Assembly: GCA_016185305.1 (NCBI GenBank)
Contig: JACPNV010000050.1
Coordinates: 7,040-71,039 of the forward strand
Direction: 5' to 3'
Length of the DNA stretch: 64,000 bases
Source: Actinomycetota bacterium
GTDB taxonomy: Bacteria; Actinomycetota; Acidimicrobiia; Acidimicrobiales; Acidimicrobilacustridaceae
How positions within the stretch are numbered: the first letter of the stretch is position 1; every line of letters begins with the position of its first letter. Below the pieces are notes generated by a model. It did no database searches, was not told where the DNA came from, and saw only the letters and a program-made list of their open reading frames with translations. Shown in pieces: positions 1 to 10,002 of this stretch. The position numbers were made by a program, and so were the translations under genes.

Positions 1-1194
1 GAGAGCGGAGAGGTCGGGGTCAGCGTCGCCGATCGAACCAACGAGCGCTGCGAGCACCTCGGTGGCCGTTGCCTCGCCCTCGCCTCGGACGGTTACGTCA
101 ACATGGGGATGCCGACGAAAGTAGTCCTCGATGTCCTCGTCGTACTTCGGCGTGTTCGGTCCGCCGTGGATCGTGATGCTGCCGGGGTGGCGCTCTTTGA
201 CGCGTCGAGAGACCGCGAGGCAGTCCGTATGTGACCAGAGGTAATTGCTGAGGAGAAAGACACCCGGCCTGTCGAGTAGGTGATCGAGTTGCCTGTGATC
301 AACCACCCAGTCGGGCCGCAGATCGTAGTAGTCATTCAGCCGACCGCCCTCGTATATCGACGAATTGGCTAGAATGAGCCCCAATGCAAGAGGAGGGATC
401 GTGCCGTTGAAAGCGACTGGCACCACCTTGACGTTGCCAGCCGGCGCGTCGACAGCGAGGTCCTCCGGGGCGGCATCGCCGCGCTCGCTGATGTTTCGCA
501 GGAGTTGATGCCGCGCCCGAAATGCGGTGACGAATAGTCGTTGGCCACGCTCGCTCGCCGGAACATCGTCGGGGTCGTCCGGGTCGAAGGTGCGCAGCAG
601 GCCGATCGAAAGGAGCCGTCCGGCGAGGTGACCGAACTGGTCGGAGGAGAGCGCCCACCTCCCGGCGTCGTCGCGATGGGTATCGAATGCCTGCTCGCGG
701 GTCGCCGGTCGCTTGCATGCGGCGCACGCCAACACTTCGACTGGAGTCAACGGCACGACGGCACCCCCGCGCAGGGCGACATGCACGAACGCGCCAGATG
801 TCGCCCAGAAGATGGCGGGTGTCTCGACGACGAGCAGCGCGCCGGGAGGTATGTTCGTCTCGACCGGAGTCGGGATCGTCGTGGACGGCTCCGTCGACCA
901 GGGGTGGGGTGCGCGCTCTTGCGCTATCAGGAGATCGCGCGCGTGGAGCTCGCCGACGAAATCGACCAGGCTGTCTTGGTCACATCCGAACTGCTCGGCG
1001 ATCCTGAGGATCACGTCGGCGATGCTCTTGCCCGAGCCGAGTTGTCCGATGAGCTCGAGACGCGGCAGATCAAGAGGGATGGCCACGTGGTCATCGAGGT
1101 TGGGCACACTCAGTCCCGACGGACGCAGTGTCACGGCGAGAACCTGTGACAGCGCCCGCCCCTCATAGGTGGGGGCGTCGCGGAGGACAGACAA
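1..1194 (-). CDS. Partial CDS (runs off the window start): N-terminal part of a cobalamin-binding, class B radical-SAM-type enzyme preceded by two PqqD/RRE-like segments
   Basis: Absent from the ORF track because it has no stop inside the window. My translation of the minus strand is stop-free from about 1194 down to 1. It contains VKVVPVAFNGTIPPLALGLILANS...FLLSNYLWSH...ITIHGGPNTPKYDED...VTVRGEGEATATEVLAAL, the B12-binding domain pattern of class B rSAM enzymes. Upstream lie LDLPRLELIGQLGSGKSIADVILRIAEQFGCDQDSLVDFVGELHARDLLI and a second similar segment, both PqqD-like. Start is uncertain (TTG 1194 or GTG 1134). The CxxxCxxC cluster would lie outside the window. Confidence 0.6.
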   Translation of the reverse strand, partial: MSVLRDAPTYEGRALSQVLAVTLRPSGLSVPNLDDHVAIPLDLPRLELIGQLGSGKSIADVILRIAEQFGCDQDSLVDFVGELHARDLLIAQERAPHPWSTEPSTTIPTPVETNIPPGALLVVETPAIFWATSGAFVHVALRGGAVVPLTPVEVLACAACKRPATREQAFDTHRDDAGRWALSSDQFGHLAGRLLSIGLLRTFDPDDPDDVPASERGQRLFVTAFRARHQLLRNISERGDAAPEDLAVDAPAGNVKVVPVAFNGTIPPLALGLILANSSIYEGGRLNDYYDLRPDWVVDHRQLDHLLDRPGVFLLSNYLWSHTDCLAVSRRVKERHPGSITIHGGPNTPKYDEDIEDYFRRHPHVDVTVRGEGEATATEVLAALVGSIGDADPDLSAL

Positions 1195-1338
1195 CGACTC
1201 GAACCTTCCCGTGTGAAGCAGACAGAAGTATAGGCAGGCGGCCCGAGACGATCGTGGTGGTGGACGTCGGCGCGCCATCGTGTTGGCTACCAGCGATCGG
1301 TTACTCTCGGGCACCTTGTCACCATCTGGAACCATCGA

Positions 1339-2313
1339 ATGCGCGTCGTCGTAACCGGCGGAGCAGGATTCATCGGAGCCAACCTCTGCCGACGCCTGGC
1401 TCGAGCGCACGACGTAATCGCGCTTGACGACCTCTCCACCGGCGATCGTGCGAACCTCGACACCGTCGACGCTCGGCTGATCGTCGGGTCCATCCTCGAT
1501 CCGGCGTCCCTCGACGACGCGTTCGATGGGGTCGAAGCGGTCGTGCACCTGGCGGCCCGACCGTCGGTGCCTCGGTCGCTGGCCGATCCCATGGCGAGCC
1601 ATCTGGCCAACGCGACAGGAACCGTCGAGGTGCTCGAGGCCGCCCGCCGCGCCGCAGGAACCAGCGGCCGCGGGGTGATGCCGCACGTGGTCCTCGCGTC
1701 ATCCTCCTCGGTGTACGGCGCCAACGAGACGCTCCCGAAGCATGAAGACCTCGCACCCGCCCCCTTGAGCCCGTACGCCGCCAGCAAGCTCGCAACGGAG
1801 TCGTACGCGCTCGCGTACCAGCACAGCTTCGGCCTCGATGCCCTGGCCTTTCGCTTCTTCAACGTCTTCGGGCCGCTCCAGAGTGCGGGCCACGCGTATG
1901 CGGCGGTGGTGCCCGCCTTCGTCGACGCCGCGCTCGCCGGCCAGCCGGTCACGATCCACGGCGACGGTCGCCAGAGCCGCGACTTCACGTTCGTCGACAC
2001 GGTCACCGACGTGATCGCCGACGCGGTCGAGCGGCGCGTGACGAGCAGGCGGCCGGTCAACTTGGCGTACGGCTCGCGCACCGACCTCCTGACTGTCGTC
2101 GCGCTGCTCGAGGAGATCCTCGGCGAGCCGTTGCCGGTCCGCCATGTCGACGCCCGTGCGGGCGACGTCCGGCATTCCCAGGCGGACTCGACCCAGCTCC
2201 AGAAGCTGTTCCCCGATGTGACGCCGGTGCCGCTCGAGGCCGGCCTGCGCGCCACGGTCGCCTGGTTCCGCAGCCTCTCCGACGACAGTGGTCCCGGCTT
2301 CGAGCGCCGCTGA
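1339..2313 (+). CDS. NAD-dependent epimerase/dehydratase (UDP-sugar 4-epimerase-like SDR)
   Basis: VVTGGAGFIGANL Rossmann motif; SPYAASKLATE (YxxxK) catalytic motif; 324 aa. Confidence 0.85.
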   Translation: MRVVVTGGAGFIGANLCRRLARAHDVIALDDLSTGDRANLDTVDARLIVGSILDPASLDDAFDGVEAVVHLAARPSVPRSLADPMASHLANATGTVEVLEAARRAAGTSGRGVMPHVVLASSSSVYGANETLPKHEDLAPAPLSPYAASKLATESYALAYQHSFGLDALAFRFFNVFGPLQSAGHAYAAVVPAFVDAALAGQPVTIHGDGRQSRDFTFVDTVTDVIADAVERRVTSRRPVNLAYGSRTDLLTVVALLEEILGEPLPVRHVDARAGDVRHSQADSTQLQKLFPDVTPVPLEAGLRATVAWFRSLSDDSGPGFERR

Positions 2314-2935
2314 CGGCTCGGGGCGCCGGCACCCGCCGTACCGAACCAAGCGTGTGCTCGACCTTGCGGTCCTGGCCGTCGTCGGGCTGCCCGCGGCGCT
2401 CGTCGGCGCCGTGTGCGCGCTCGCGATCAAGCTCACGTCGAAAGGTCCCGTGTTCTTCCGCCAGCTCCGTGTCGGCATGGGCGGCGAGCCGTTCGAGGTG
2501 TACAAGTTCCGCACGATGGTCGATGATGTCAACCCGGTGTTCCCCGATCCCGCCCGCATCACTCCGGTCGGTCGTGTTCTGCGCCGCCTCTCGCTCGACG
2601 AGCTGCCCCAGCTCCTCAACGTGGCGAGGGCAGAGATGAGCGTCATCGGCCCCCGGCCGACCCTTCCCTACCAGGTGGCGCGGTACGACGAGCGCCAAGC
2701 GCACCGGCTCGACGTCCGGCCGGGCCTCACGGGCCTGGCCCAGATCCGTGGACGCAACGCCCTCGACTGGTCGGTCCGCATCGACCACGACCTGGAGTAC
2801 GTCCGCACGCAGTCGCTCCGGCTCGACCTCCAGATCCTGTGGAAGACCGCGGCGGTGGTCGTGTCGGGCGAGGGCGCCGAAGGCCACCCCACCGATGATC
2901 CGCTGGCGACCACCGACGACGAGCCCGGCGAGTAG
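2288..2935 (+). CDS. Bacterial sugar transferase (polyprenyl-phosphate hexose-1-P transferase, WbaP/EpsL C-terminal type)
   Basis: KRVLDLAV TM helix, GPVFFRQLRVGMGGEPFEVYKFRTM, DELPQLLNV..MSVIGPRP motifs. Alternative GTG start at 2354. Confidence 0.85.
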   Translation: MVPASSAADGSGRRHPPYRTKRVLDLAVLAVVGLPAALVGAVCALAIKLTSKGPVFFRQLRVGMGGEPFEVYKFRTMVDDVNPVFPDPARITPVGRVLRRLSLDELPQLLNVARAEMSVIGPRPTLPYQVARYDERQAHRLDVRPGLTGLAQIRGRNALDWSVRIDHDLEYVRTQSLRLDLQILWKTAAVVVSGEGAEGHPTDDPLATTDDEPGE

Positions 2936-2960
2936 CGCATCTGGTGGCGGATGTCGTCCG

Positions 2961-4436
2961 TCAGCGGCGAGATCCGCCACCGGTTCGGTGGACGCGTCCC
3001 GCGACGTCGCGGAGGACCTGATCCCACTGCGCCGCGACCCCGCTGAGGTCGAACTGGTCGAGGCAGGCACGACGAGCGGCCGTCCCCATGTCGTCGCGGT
3101 TCACCACGGCGGTGGCGAGTGCGGCGGTGGTTCCGGGCACGTCGTCGAGCTCGACGAAGATGCCCGTCTCGCCCGCTCGGACGATGTGCGCGATCCCGCC
3201 CACCTTCGTCGTCACCACCGGGCGGCCAGCCAATCCCGCTTCGATCAAAACCGACGGCATGCCCTCGGTGCGGCTGGTGAGGGCGACGACATCGGCAGCG
3301 AGGAGCGCGTCGTCGGGACGGTCGCTGGTGCCGGCGAACACGGCGTCCGCACCCACCGTCGCGGCGAGTGCCTCCAGCCGGTTCCGGTCGGGCCCATCGC
3401 CCACGATGAGGACGGTTGCGTCGTGCATGCGAGCAGCTCCTTCGATGACCTGTCCGACGTTCTTCTGCGGCGACAGGGCTCCGAGGTACACGATCAACGG
3501 GCCGGTTCGGTCGGCCACGCCGAACCGCTGGCGGGCGGCCGCCACGTCCGTCGCGTCGACGACGGGGAAGCGGTCGGTGGGTGCTCCCTTCGGGATGATG
3601 ACGATCCGTTCCGGATCGACCGCGTAGGTGGAGACGAGTGCCGCGGCGATCTCCTCGTAGTACACCGCGACCCGAGCGGCACGACGGAGAGCTGCCCGCA
3701 CGCGAGCGCGCTGATCGGCGCGCTGGCCCCACAGCTGAGGCTCGCCGATGACCCGGTACACGAACGGCGTATCCCGCAGCGCGTGCACGACCGCGGCGGC
3801 GAACAGCGTCTGCCCCCCGTGGGCCACGATGACATCGCAGCGGGGGACGCGGGACACCAGCCGGCTGGTCGCGATGGCGAGACCGGCGCGGCCTGACGAC
3901 AGCGAAGGGACCGGGAAGGTGTGCGCGGCACTCGATCCAGTGATCGCTACCGTCTCGACGTCGACGCCGAACGCGCTGAGGCCGTCTGCGAGGTCGATCC
4001 CGAAGGTCTCGGCTCCGCGCCGGTGGTCGCTGTTCAAGAGGTTGAGAACCCGGAGTGGCGCCGGGCGCGGCGGAGCGGGTGCCGTGACTGACCGGGGGAC
4101 GTGGGGCGGAACCATGTGCACCCGCGCGACGATGTGGCGCGACACGAGCTCATCGAGGAAGGCCTCGATGTCGGCGCGGTGATCGCTCGCTTCGTGATCG
4201 AACCGCTCGTCGAGGGCGTCGACCAGATCGTCGAGCGTGCGCGGAGGCGAAAGCTCGCCGAGAACGGCGATCGCCATGGGGTCGAGCAACGACACGTCGG
4301 CACCCTCGCAGCTCAGCACCAGCCGACCGGTGAGGCTCTCACGCCAGAGCAGATCGGGGCGAACAGCCCAGCGAGCCGCCTCGGGCCGTTCCGCCGCCGG
4401 CCCGACGACATCGGTCTGTTCCACGGCGTAGATCAT
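2961..4436 (-). CDS. GT4-family glycosyltransferase with an N-terminal PqqD/RRE-like domain of about 105 aa
   Basis: N-terminus: WAVRPDLLWRESLTGRLVLSCEGADVSLLDPMAIAVLGELSPPRTLDDLVDALDERF...IEAFLDELVSRHIV (PqqD-family pattern). C-terminus: LIVGDGPDR...LTSRTEGMPSVLIEAGLAGRPVVTTKVGG (GT1/GT4 EX7E region). Confidence 0.75.
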   Translation of the reverse strand: MIYAVEQTDVVGPAAERPEAARWAVRPDLLWRESLTGRLVLSCEGADVSLLDPMAIAVLGELSPPRTLDDLVDALDERFDHEASDHRADIEAFLDELVSRHIVARVHMVPPHVPRSVTAPAPPRPAPLRVLNLLNSDHRRGAETFGIDLADGLSAFGVDVETVAITGSSAAHTFPVPSLSSGRAGLAIATSRLVSRVPRCDVIVAHGGQTLFAAAVVHALRDTPFVYRVIGEPQLWGQRADQRARVRAALRRAARVAVYYEEIAAALVSTYAVDPERIVIIPKGAPTDRFPVVDATDVAAARQRFGVADRTGPLIVYLGALSPQKNVGQVIEGAARMHDATVLIVGDGPDRNRLEALAATVGADAVFAGTSDRPDDALLAADVVALTSRTEGMPSVLIEAGLAGRPVVTTKVGGIAHIVRAGETGIFVELDDVPGTTAALATAVVNRDDMGTAARRACLDQFDLSGVAAQWDQVLRDVAGRVHRTGGGSRR

Positions 4437-4439
4437 GCT

Positions 4440-5297
4440 CTACGGCCGACCGCGTCCGTGCCACCGCATCGCGGCCTCGCCCCCGACCATGGCGGCGATC
4501 AGCAACGCGTACGTCAGCGTCGACACCTGGAGCAGCCGCACCATGCCGGATCGGACGACGCCGGCGCGTGCGATCGCGCCCGAGCCGAGCATGACCGCGG
4601 CTCCGACCACGAGCGCCGGCAACGCACGCGATCCTCGCGGCGCGCGGCTGGCGACCCGAGCCAAGGGCCACACCGCGACGGTTGCGCACATTGCCATCGC
4701 ACCGGCGAACACGACCGGACGACCCGGCGGGGCACCGGTGAGCGCAGCGCCCACGATGGGAACCGCCAGCGCCGCCGACGCCTGGGGAAGTGTCGAAGCC
4801 ATCTTCGGCCAGCCGATGGTGCCGAGCGCGACGAGCGTGACGAAGCTGCCGACGCCCAAGAGCGCGGCCTCGGTGTCGGGCTCGCCGAGCAACAGGCCAA
4901 CCATGACGCCCAGCGCGAGCGCGTAGACGTGCAGCGGCCCCGTGCTGCGGGATGCGAACCACAGCGATCCGGCGACGAGCATCGTCACGAGCCCGGCGAC
5001 CGCCCGCTCGTTCGTGCTCGCGTGCGCGGCGCTGGACAGGCTCATCAAGGTGCCCGCGGCTGCGATCGAGACGATGCCGAGCGCGGGGCGCCTCGGGAAG
5101 CACGTGGCGATGGCGAGGATCGCAACCGCGACGAGCGCGGCCAGTCCCAAGCCGAGGCGAACCAGGCCGACGGTGACGGCGATCGCGACGAGCGCCGGCG
5201 TGCGTTCCTTCACGAAAGGCGGCAACGGGGATCGACGTGATCTCGCGGCCACGGCGACCGTGCCGACAAGCAGCCCGAGGACCAGGTCGGGTCGCAC
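4440..5297 (-). CDS. Polytopic integral membrane protein of unknown function (possibly polymerase/ligase-like)
   Basis: 285 aa, about 8 hydrophobic segments. Sits 3 nt upstream of the GT4 start and downstream of capD-like on the same strand. No motif recognised. Confidence 0.5.
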   Translation of the reverse strand: MRPDLVLGLLVGTVAVAARSRRSPLPPFVKERTPALVAIAVTVGLVRLGLGLAALVAVAILAIATCFPRRPALGIVSIAAAGTLMSLSSAAHASTNERAVAGLVTMLVAGSLWFASRSTGPLHVYALALGVMVGLLLGEPDTEAALLGVGSFVTLVALGTIGWPKMASTLPQASAALAVPIVGAALTGAPPGRPVVFAGAMAMCATVAVWPLARVASRAPRGSRALPALVVGAAVMLGSGAIARAGVVRSGMVRLLQVSTLTYALLIAAMVGGEAAMRWHGRGRP

Positions 5298-5368
5298 GGT
5301 TGCCTCGACGAGCGCCGTCTTCGGCGAGCCGGCGAGCGGGGGAGACGCCAGCGCGGCGAGCGGAGCGC

Positions 5369-7306
5369 TCAGGCGTCGGTCTCCGGCGCCGCGGCCGGCT
5401 GCTCCTGCGCCGCGCCCGCGTCCGGCGTTTCGTGGCTCCCGTACGCCAGAGCCTTCAAGAGCGCGATGAGCTCGTCGCCGCCGGCGTCGCCAACAGTGGC
5501 CGCCACCGCGCCGATCTTGAGGGGTGGGACCGTGACATGGGCGATCAGCGGGTGCGCGGGGCGTTGGTCGATCTCGCCCTCGCCCAGCAGGACCTCGTGC
5601 AGCTTCTCGCCCGAGCGAAGGCCGGTGTACACGATCTCGACGGGCCGCTCGGCGGTGGCCGCGAAGCGGCGAGCGACATCATCGATCTTGACCGGCTCGC
5701 CCATGTCGAACACGAGCGCCTCGCCCGCTCGCCCGACCGCTCCCGCCTGGATGACGAGCTCGACCGCCTCCTCGACGGTCATGAAGAACCGCGTCACCTC
5801 CGGGTCGGTCACCGTGATGGGTCCGCCCGCATCGACCTGCGCCCTGAACGCGGTGAGCACGGAGCCTCTGCTGCCGAGCACGTTTCCGAAGCGCACGCTG
5901 AGATAGTTGCCGTCCGTGTCTGCCGATGACGCCGCGGTCAGCCGCTCGGCGATGCGCTTGCTGTAGCCGAGCACGCTCGTCGGGTCGGCCGCCTTATCAG
6001 TCGAGATGTTGACGAACCGCTCGACTCCGCAGGCCGTGGCCACGGTGAGCAGGTTCTCGGTGCCGTGGACGTTGGTCTTGACCGCCTCGCCCGGGTGGAG
6101 TTGCAGCAGGGGGAGATGCTTCAGGGCCGCGGTGTGGAACACCACCTGGGGTTGGTGGAGCTTGAAGACCTCCAGCACGCGATCGGCGTCGCGGATGTCG
6201 CAGACAACCAAGTTGGGGTCGTCGAGCAGCGCCCGGCCCTCGATCAGCATCTGGACACCATGCAAGGCCGACTCGTCGCGATCGAGCATCACGAGCTTGT
6301 CCGGCGCGAACTTCGCGAGCTGGTGGCAGAGCTCGCTGCCGATGGACCCGCCGGCGCCGGTGACGAGCACCCGCTTCCCTGTGATGTAGCCGGCGATCGA
6401 CTCGATGTCGGTGTTGATGACGTGCCGCCCGAGCAGGTCGGCCTCGGTCACCGGGCGAATGTCGGAGATGCCGATGACAGCGCCGAACATCTCGGAGAGG
6501 GGCGGGAGGACGGCCACCTTGAGCTTGGCTTGCAGCGCGAGATCGGTGAGCTCACGGAGCAGCTCGGGTGGTGCGCTCGGAATGGCGATGACCATCATCT
6601 CCGCGCTGTGCGCTTTGGCCGCCTCGGCGATGGAGCTGCGGTCACCTTCCACGGAGATGCCGAGGACGCGGAGCGAGCTCTTCGCGGGGTTGTCGTCGAG
6701 CAGCGCGACGGGGACGTAGGGGCTCTCGGGGTTGCGTTGCATCGAGGTGACCACCTGGACACCGCCCTCGCCCGCACCGAACACGAGCACAGGCGTGCCC
6801 TTGTCCTTGTTGGGGCGCAGGCGGCGATCGAGGAGGAGGCGCCAGACGTACCGCGAGCCTGCCATGAGCATGAGAGCGATGAACCCGCCGATGAAGACGA
6901 CGCTCGTCGGGATGAAGTACTGCGAGTTCAGGCGGTTCACGACCGCCAGGGCGATCGTCGTGACCATGACCGCCCGGACCAGGTTGGCCACCTCATCGAA
7001 GCTGCCGTACCGGAACCGGCCGCGGTACAAGCCGGTGGTGGCGCCGGTCAGGAGTTGGACGATCGCCGCGATGGTCGCGGCGGCGAACATGCCGCGGATG
7101 GTGAACCGCCCCCAGTCGTCGGCGGTCCAGTCGAACTCGAAGCGCAACACGTCCGCCAGGTAGATGCCGAGGAACCACGACGTGGTGTCGATGCCCCCCT
7201 GGATCACCGCACGATGGCGCTCGAGCTTGGACCCGGCCCGCGTCACGAGCGGTATCGCCTCTCGTCGGTTGGCTCGGCCTCCCATTGCTTCGAGTTCCTC
7301 CCCCAA
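5369..7306 (-). CDS. Polysaccharide biosynthesis protein, CapD/WbpM/PglF-type membrane-anchored NDP-sugar 4,6-dehydratase
   Basis: N-terminal TM helices, VLVFGAGEGG then VLVTGAGGSIGSEL Rossmann motifs, DKAADPTSVLGYSKR (YxxxK). Confidence 0.85.
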   Translation of the reverse strand: MGEELEAMGGRANRREAIPLVTRAGSKLERHRAVIQGGIDTTSWFLGIYLADVLRFEFDWTADDWGRFTIRGMFAAATIAAIVQLLTGATTGLYRGRFRYGSFDEVANLVRAVMVTTIALAVVNRLNSQYFIPTSVVFIGGFIALMLMAGSRYVWRLLLDRRLRPNKDKGTPVLVFGAGEGGVQVVTSMQRNPESPYVPVALLDDNPAKSSLRVLGISVEGDRSSIAEAAKAHSAEMMVIAIPSAPPELLRELTDLALQAKLKVAVLPPLSEMFGAVIGISDIRPVTEADLLGRHVINTDIESIAGYITGKRVLVTGAGGSIGSELCHQLAKFAPDKLVMLDRDESALHGVQMLIEGRALLDDPNLVVCDIRDADRVLEVFKLHQPQVVFHTAALKHLPLLQLHPGEAVKTNVHGTENLLTVATACGVERFVNISTDKAADPTSVLGYSKRIAERLTAASSADTDGNYLSVRFGNVLGSRGSVLTAFRAQVDAGGPITVTDPEVTRFFMTVEEAVELVIQAGAVGRAGEALVFDMGEPVKIDDVARRFAATAERPVEIVYTGLRSGEKLHEVLLGEGEIDQRPAHPLIAHVTVPPLKIGAVAATVGDAGGDELIALLKALAYGSHETPDAGAAQEQPAAAPETDA

Positions 7307-7517
7307 AGACGTCTCCCGATCTGGTGGTTCGGTTGTCGCAGCTCCAGAAGGGTGCGGCGCGGAACCCCGTTCCCGCCGAGGCGAGCACTCTAGCGCGCCT
7401 CATCCATATGAATGAGCGAAAGGGAGGCGGTCCGAATCTTCCGGCGGCGCCCACTAACATCTTGAGGTCGCGGCCGGGCCGACCGTTCCGCCATCATCGA
7501 GGTGTCACCTTGGAGCT

Positions 7518-9932
7518 TTGTTGGAGACCCTGAACACCAGCCGGGCCCGAAGCGGCAGGAACGGCCACAAGGGCGGCACGTCGTCGGCGGAGCAACGAAG
7601 GTCTCGTGCTGCGCGCTCGGGCCAGCACACCGCACGCGCCGAGCGGATCGCCATCTACTGCATCGCGGCGGCGGCGGCGGTCGGCGGTGCGCTCGCGGCC
7701 GGAGCTCCGACGGCCACGACCCTTCTCAACGTGCTGTTCCGTGCCGGCCTCGCGTTCGGGGTCACGCAAGCGGCGTCGCGGGCGCGGCGGTGGTCGTGGC
7801 TGGTGATGAGCGGGGTCGCGGTGATCGCCGCGGAAGGGGCGTGGCTCGCGGTGGCCGCGGTCGCGCTGGTGCTCGCCGTCGGATTCTGCTTCCTCGTCCG
7901 CCGCCGGGTCTACGGAGCGGCAGTCGGTGCGCTGGCCATCCAGTCGTTGCTCCGGTTGCCTCCGCTCGATGAGGCGGTCGGCTCCGCGTTGGTCGCGGCG
8001 GTGGCGGTCGTCCCGGTGCTTGCGTCGGCGTATCTCTCCTCCCCGCGCCGCATCCGGCGCCGGGCCAAGCGGGCCGTGCTGGCGGCGATCGCCGTGGCCG
8101 GGCTGGGCGCGGCGGTGTTGGGGATCGCCGTGCTCTTCGCCTATTCGTCCACGCGCTCGGCCGCCGCGCAGACCAAAGCTGGCGTCGCGAGCATCCGTGA
8201 CGGCAAGACGCCGCAGGCGACCCAGCAACTGCAATCGGCGGAGCAGAGCTTCGCCAGCGCGCATGGCGTGCTGTCGGGCTGGTGGATGTGGCCGGCGAAG
8301 GTCGTCCCGATCGTGTCCTTGCAGGCCGGCGCGTTCGACCAGGTGGCCGAGCAAGGAGCGGCGGTGGCGGGTGCGGCGTCGGAGGTGACGAGGACGGTCG
8401 ACTACGAGTCGCTTCGCCAGCAGAAGGGCCAGGTGAACGTGGCCAAGATCAAAGAGGCGCAGGCTCCGTTGGCGCAGGCGGCCTCCGCCCTCGACGGCGC
8501 GCTCGAGCGAACCCGAGCCGTGAGGAGCGCGTGGTTGGCGCCGCCGCTCGCGGGCGGGATCGACGAGTTCGAAGGTGAGCTCGTGAAGGTGCGGGGCGAG
8601 ACGGTCCTCGCCGCCCAGGCATCACAGGTGCTCCCCGGGATGCTCGGAGCCGACGGCACACGCCGGTACTTCGTCGCGTTCATCACGCCGGCTGAGGAGC
8701 GCGGGCTCGGTGGCTTCATGGGCAACTGGGCTGAGCTCACCGCGAGCGACGGCAAGATCGCGATCACGGCCAGTGGCCGCGCCGCCAACCTGAACAGCCG
8801 CTCGAACCCCGACGCGATGGTCGTCACGTCCGACGCGGACTACGCGGCGCGCTACGGGAAGTACCGGCCGGGCAGGTACATGCAGGACGTGACGCTCTCC
8901 CCCGACCTGCCCACCGTGACCAAGGTGATCGCCGAGCTCTACCCGAAGCTCGGCGGTTCGCAGATCGACGGTGTGCTCGCCATCGACCCGTATGGTCTGG
9001 CTGCCTTGCTCGAGCTCACCGGGCCGATCAAGGTGAAGGGCCTGGACACGCCGCTCAGCGCGAAGAACGCGGTGGAGATCCTCACCAAGCAGCAGTACTT
9101 CGACTTCGACTCGCGGGCCGAACGCACAGACTTCCTCGACGAGGCAGGCAAGCGGACGTTCACCGCGCTGTTCAAGGGCGACCTCCCGGGGCCGCGCAAG
9201 CTGTCCGACGTGCTGAGCCCGGCCGTCGACGCGCAGCGCGTCCGGTTCTGGAGCCTCCGCCCTGAGGACCAGCCGCTGCTGAAGGCCCTCGGCGTTGACG
9301 GCACCTTCAATCAGGGAAGCGGTGACGACTTCTTCTCGCTCCGCACCCAGAACAAGAGCAACAACAAGATCGACATCTTTCTGGAACGGAAGGTCCGCTA
9401 CGACGTGACGATCGATCCCGTCACGAGGACAGCCAGCGCCGACGTCACGATCACGCTCTACAACGGGGCGCCCGCCAGCGGCCTGCCGGACGCGATCATC
9501 GGAAGCAACGACCAGCAGCTTGCGAAGGGTACGAACGCGATCAACCTGTCGTTCTACTCACCACTCGGCCTGCGCGAGGCGCGCATCGACGACACACCAA
9601 CAGGGATGGAGTACCAGCGAGAGCTCGGTCTGTCGGTGTACTCGCGCTACCTCGAGCTCCCGCCGGGCGGCACGGCGACCATCAAGCTCTCGCTCTTCGG
9701 TTCGCTGCGCGGCGACGACGACGGCGCCTACCAGCTCGACGTGGCCGCGCAGCCGATGGTGAACGCCGACCAGGTCGTGGTCTCGGCCAAGGTGAACCGT
9801 CCGTACCGGTTCGCGGCCAAGACGATGGGGGACGGCCCCGGGCTTGCCGTCGACCAGGGCGGGGCTGACGCGTTCGCGGCCTTCACACCGGTTCGCGAGG
9901 TGGATCTGGCCGTCGATGTGGTCGAACGTTGA
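7518..9932 (+). CDS. DUF4012 domain-containing membrane protein
   Basis: N-terminal TM helices. GTRRYFVAFITPAEERGLGGFMGNWAELTASDGKI and DGVLAIDPYGLAALLELTGPI are typical of DUF4012 proteins in actinobacterial envelope loci. Start is uncertain (TTG). Confidence 0.7.
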   Translation: MLETLNTSRARSGRNGHKGGTSSAEQRRSRAARSGQHTARAERIAIYCIAAAAAVGGALAAGAPTATTLLNVLFRAGLAFGVTQAASRARRWSWLVMSGVAVIAAEGAWLAVAAVALVLAVGFCFLVRRRVYGAAVGALAIQSLLRLPPLDEAVGSALVAAVAVVPVLASAYLSSPRRIRRRAKRAVLAAIAVAGLGAAVLGIAVLFAYSSTRSAAAQTKAGVASIRDGKTPQATQQLQSAEQSFASAHGVLSGWWMWPAKVVPIVSLQAGAFDQVAEQGAAVAGAASEVTRTVDYESLRQQKGQVNVAKIKEAQAPLAQAASALDGALERTRAVRSAWLAPPLAGGIDEFEGELVKVRGETVLAAQASQVLPGMLGADGTRRYFVAFITPAEERGLGGFMGNWAELTASDGKIAITASGRAANLNSRSNPDAMVVTSDADYAARYGKYRPGRYMQDVTLSPDLPTVTKVIAELYPKLGGSQIDGVLAIDPYGLAALLELTGPIKVKGLDTPLSAKNAVEILTKQQYFDFDSRAERTDFLDEAGKRTFTALFKGDLPGPRKLSDVLSPAVDAQRVRFWSLRPEDQPLLKALGVDGTFNQGSGDDFFSLRTQNKSNNKIDIFLERKVRYDVTIDPVTRTASADVTITLYNGAPASGLPDAIIGSNDQQLAKGTNAINLSFYSPLGLREARIDDTPTGMEYQRELGLSVYSRYLELPPGGTATIKLSLFGSLRGDDDGAYQLDVAAQPMVNADQVVVSAKVNRPYRFAAKTMGDGPGLAVDQGGADAFAAFTPVREVDLAVDVVER

Positions 9933-10002
9933 CCAGTCAGTGCACTGGCCAGGTGCGGGGTGCTATGGTGACACGACCCAAGGAGCTGCGCACGTGGAAG
10001 GC

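Noticed and set aside
2668-3896. Overlapping 354-aa (minus) and 382-aa (plus) ORFs across the GT4 gene
   Set aside because: Alternative-frame and antisense shadows. Only frame 2961..4436 (minus) shows the PqqD and GT4 motifs.
7285-7533. Small ORFs in the capD/DUF4012 divergent intergenic region, as possible RiPP precursors for the PqqD-domain enzymes
   Set aside because: No SD, no leader/core-like organisation, and low-complexity translation. I cannot support them as genes.
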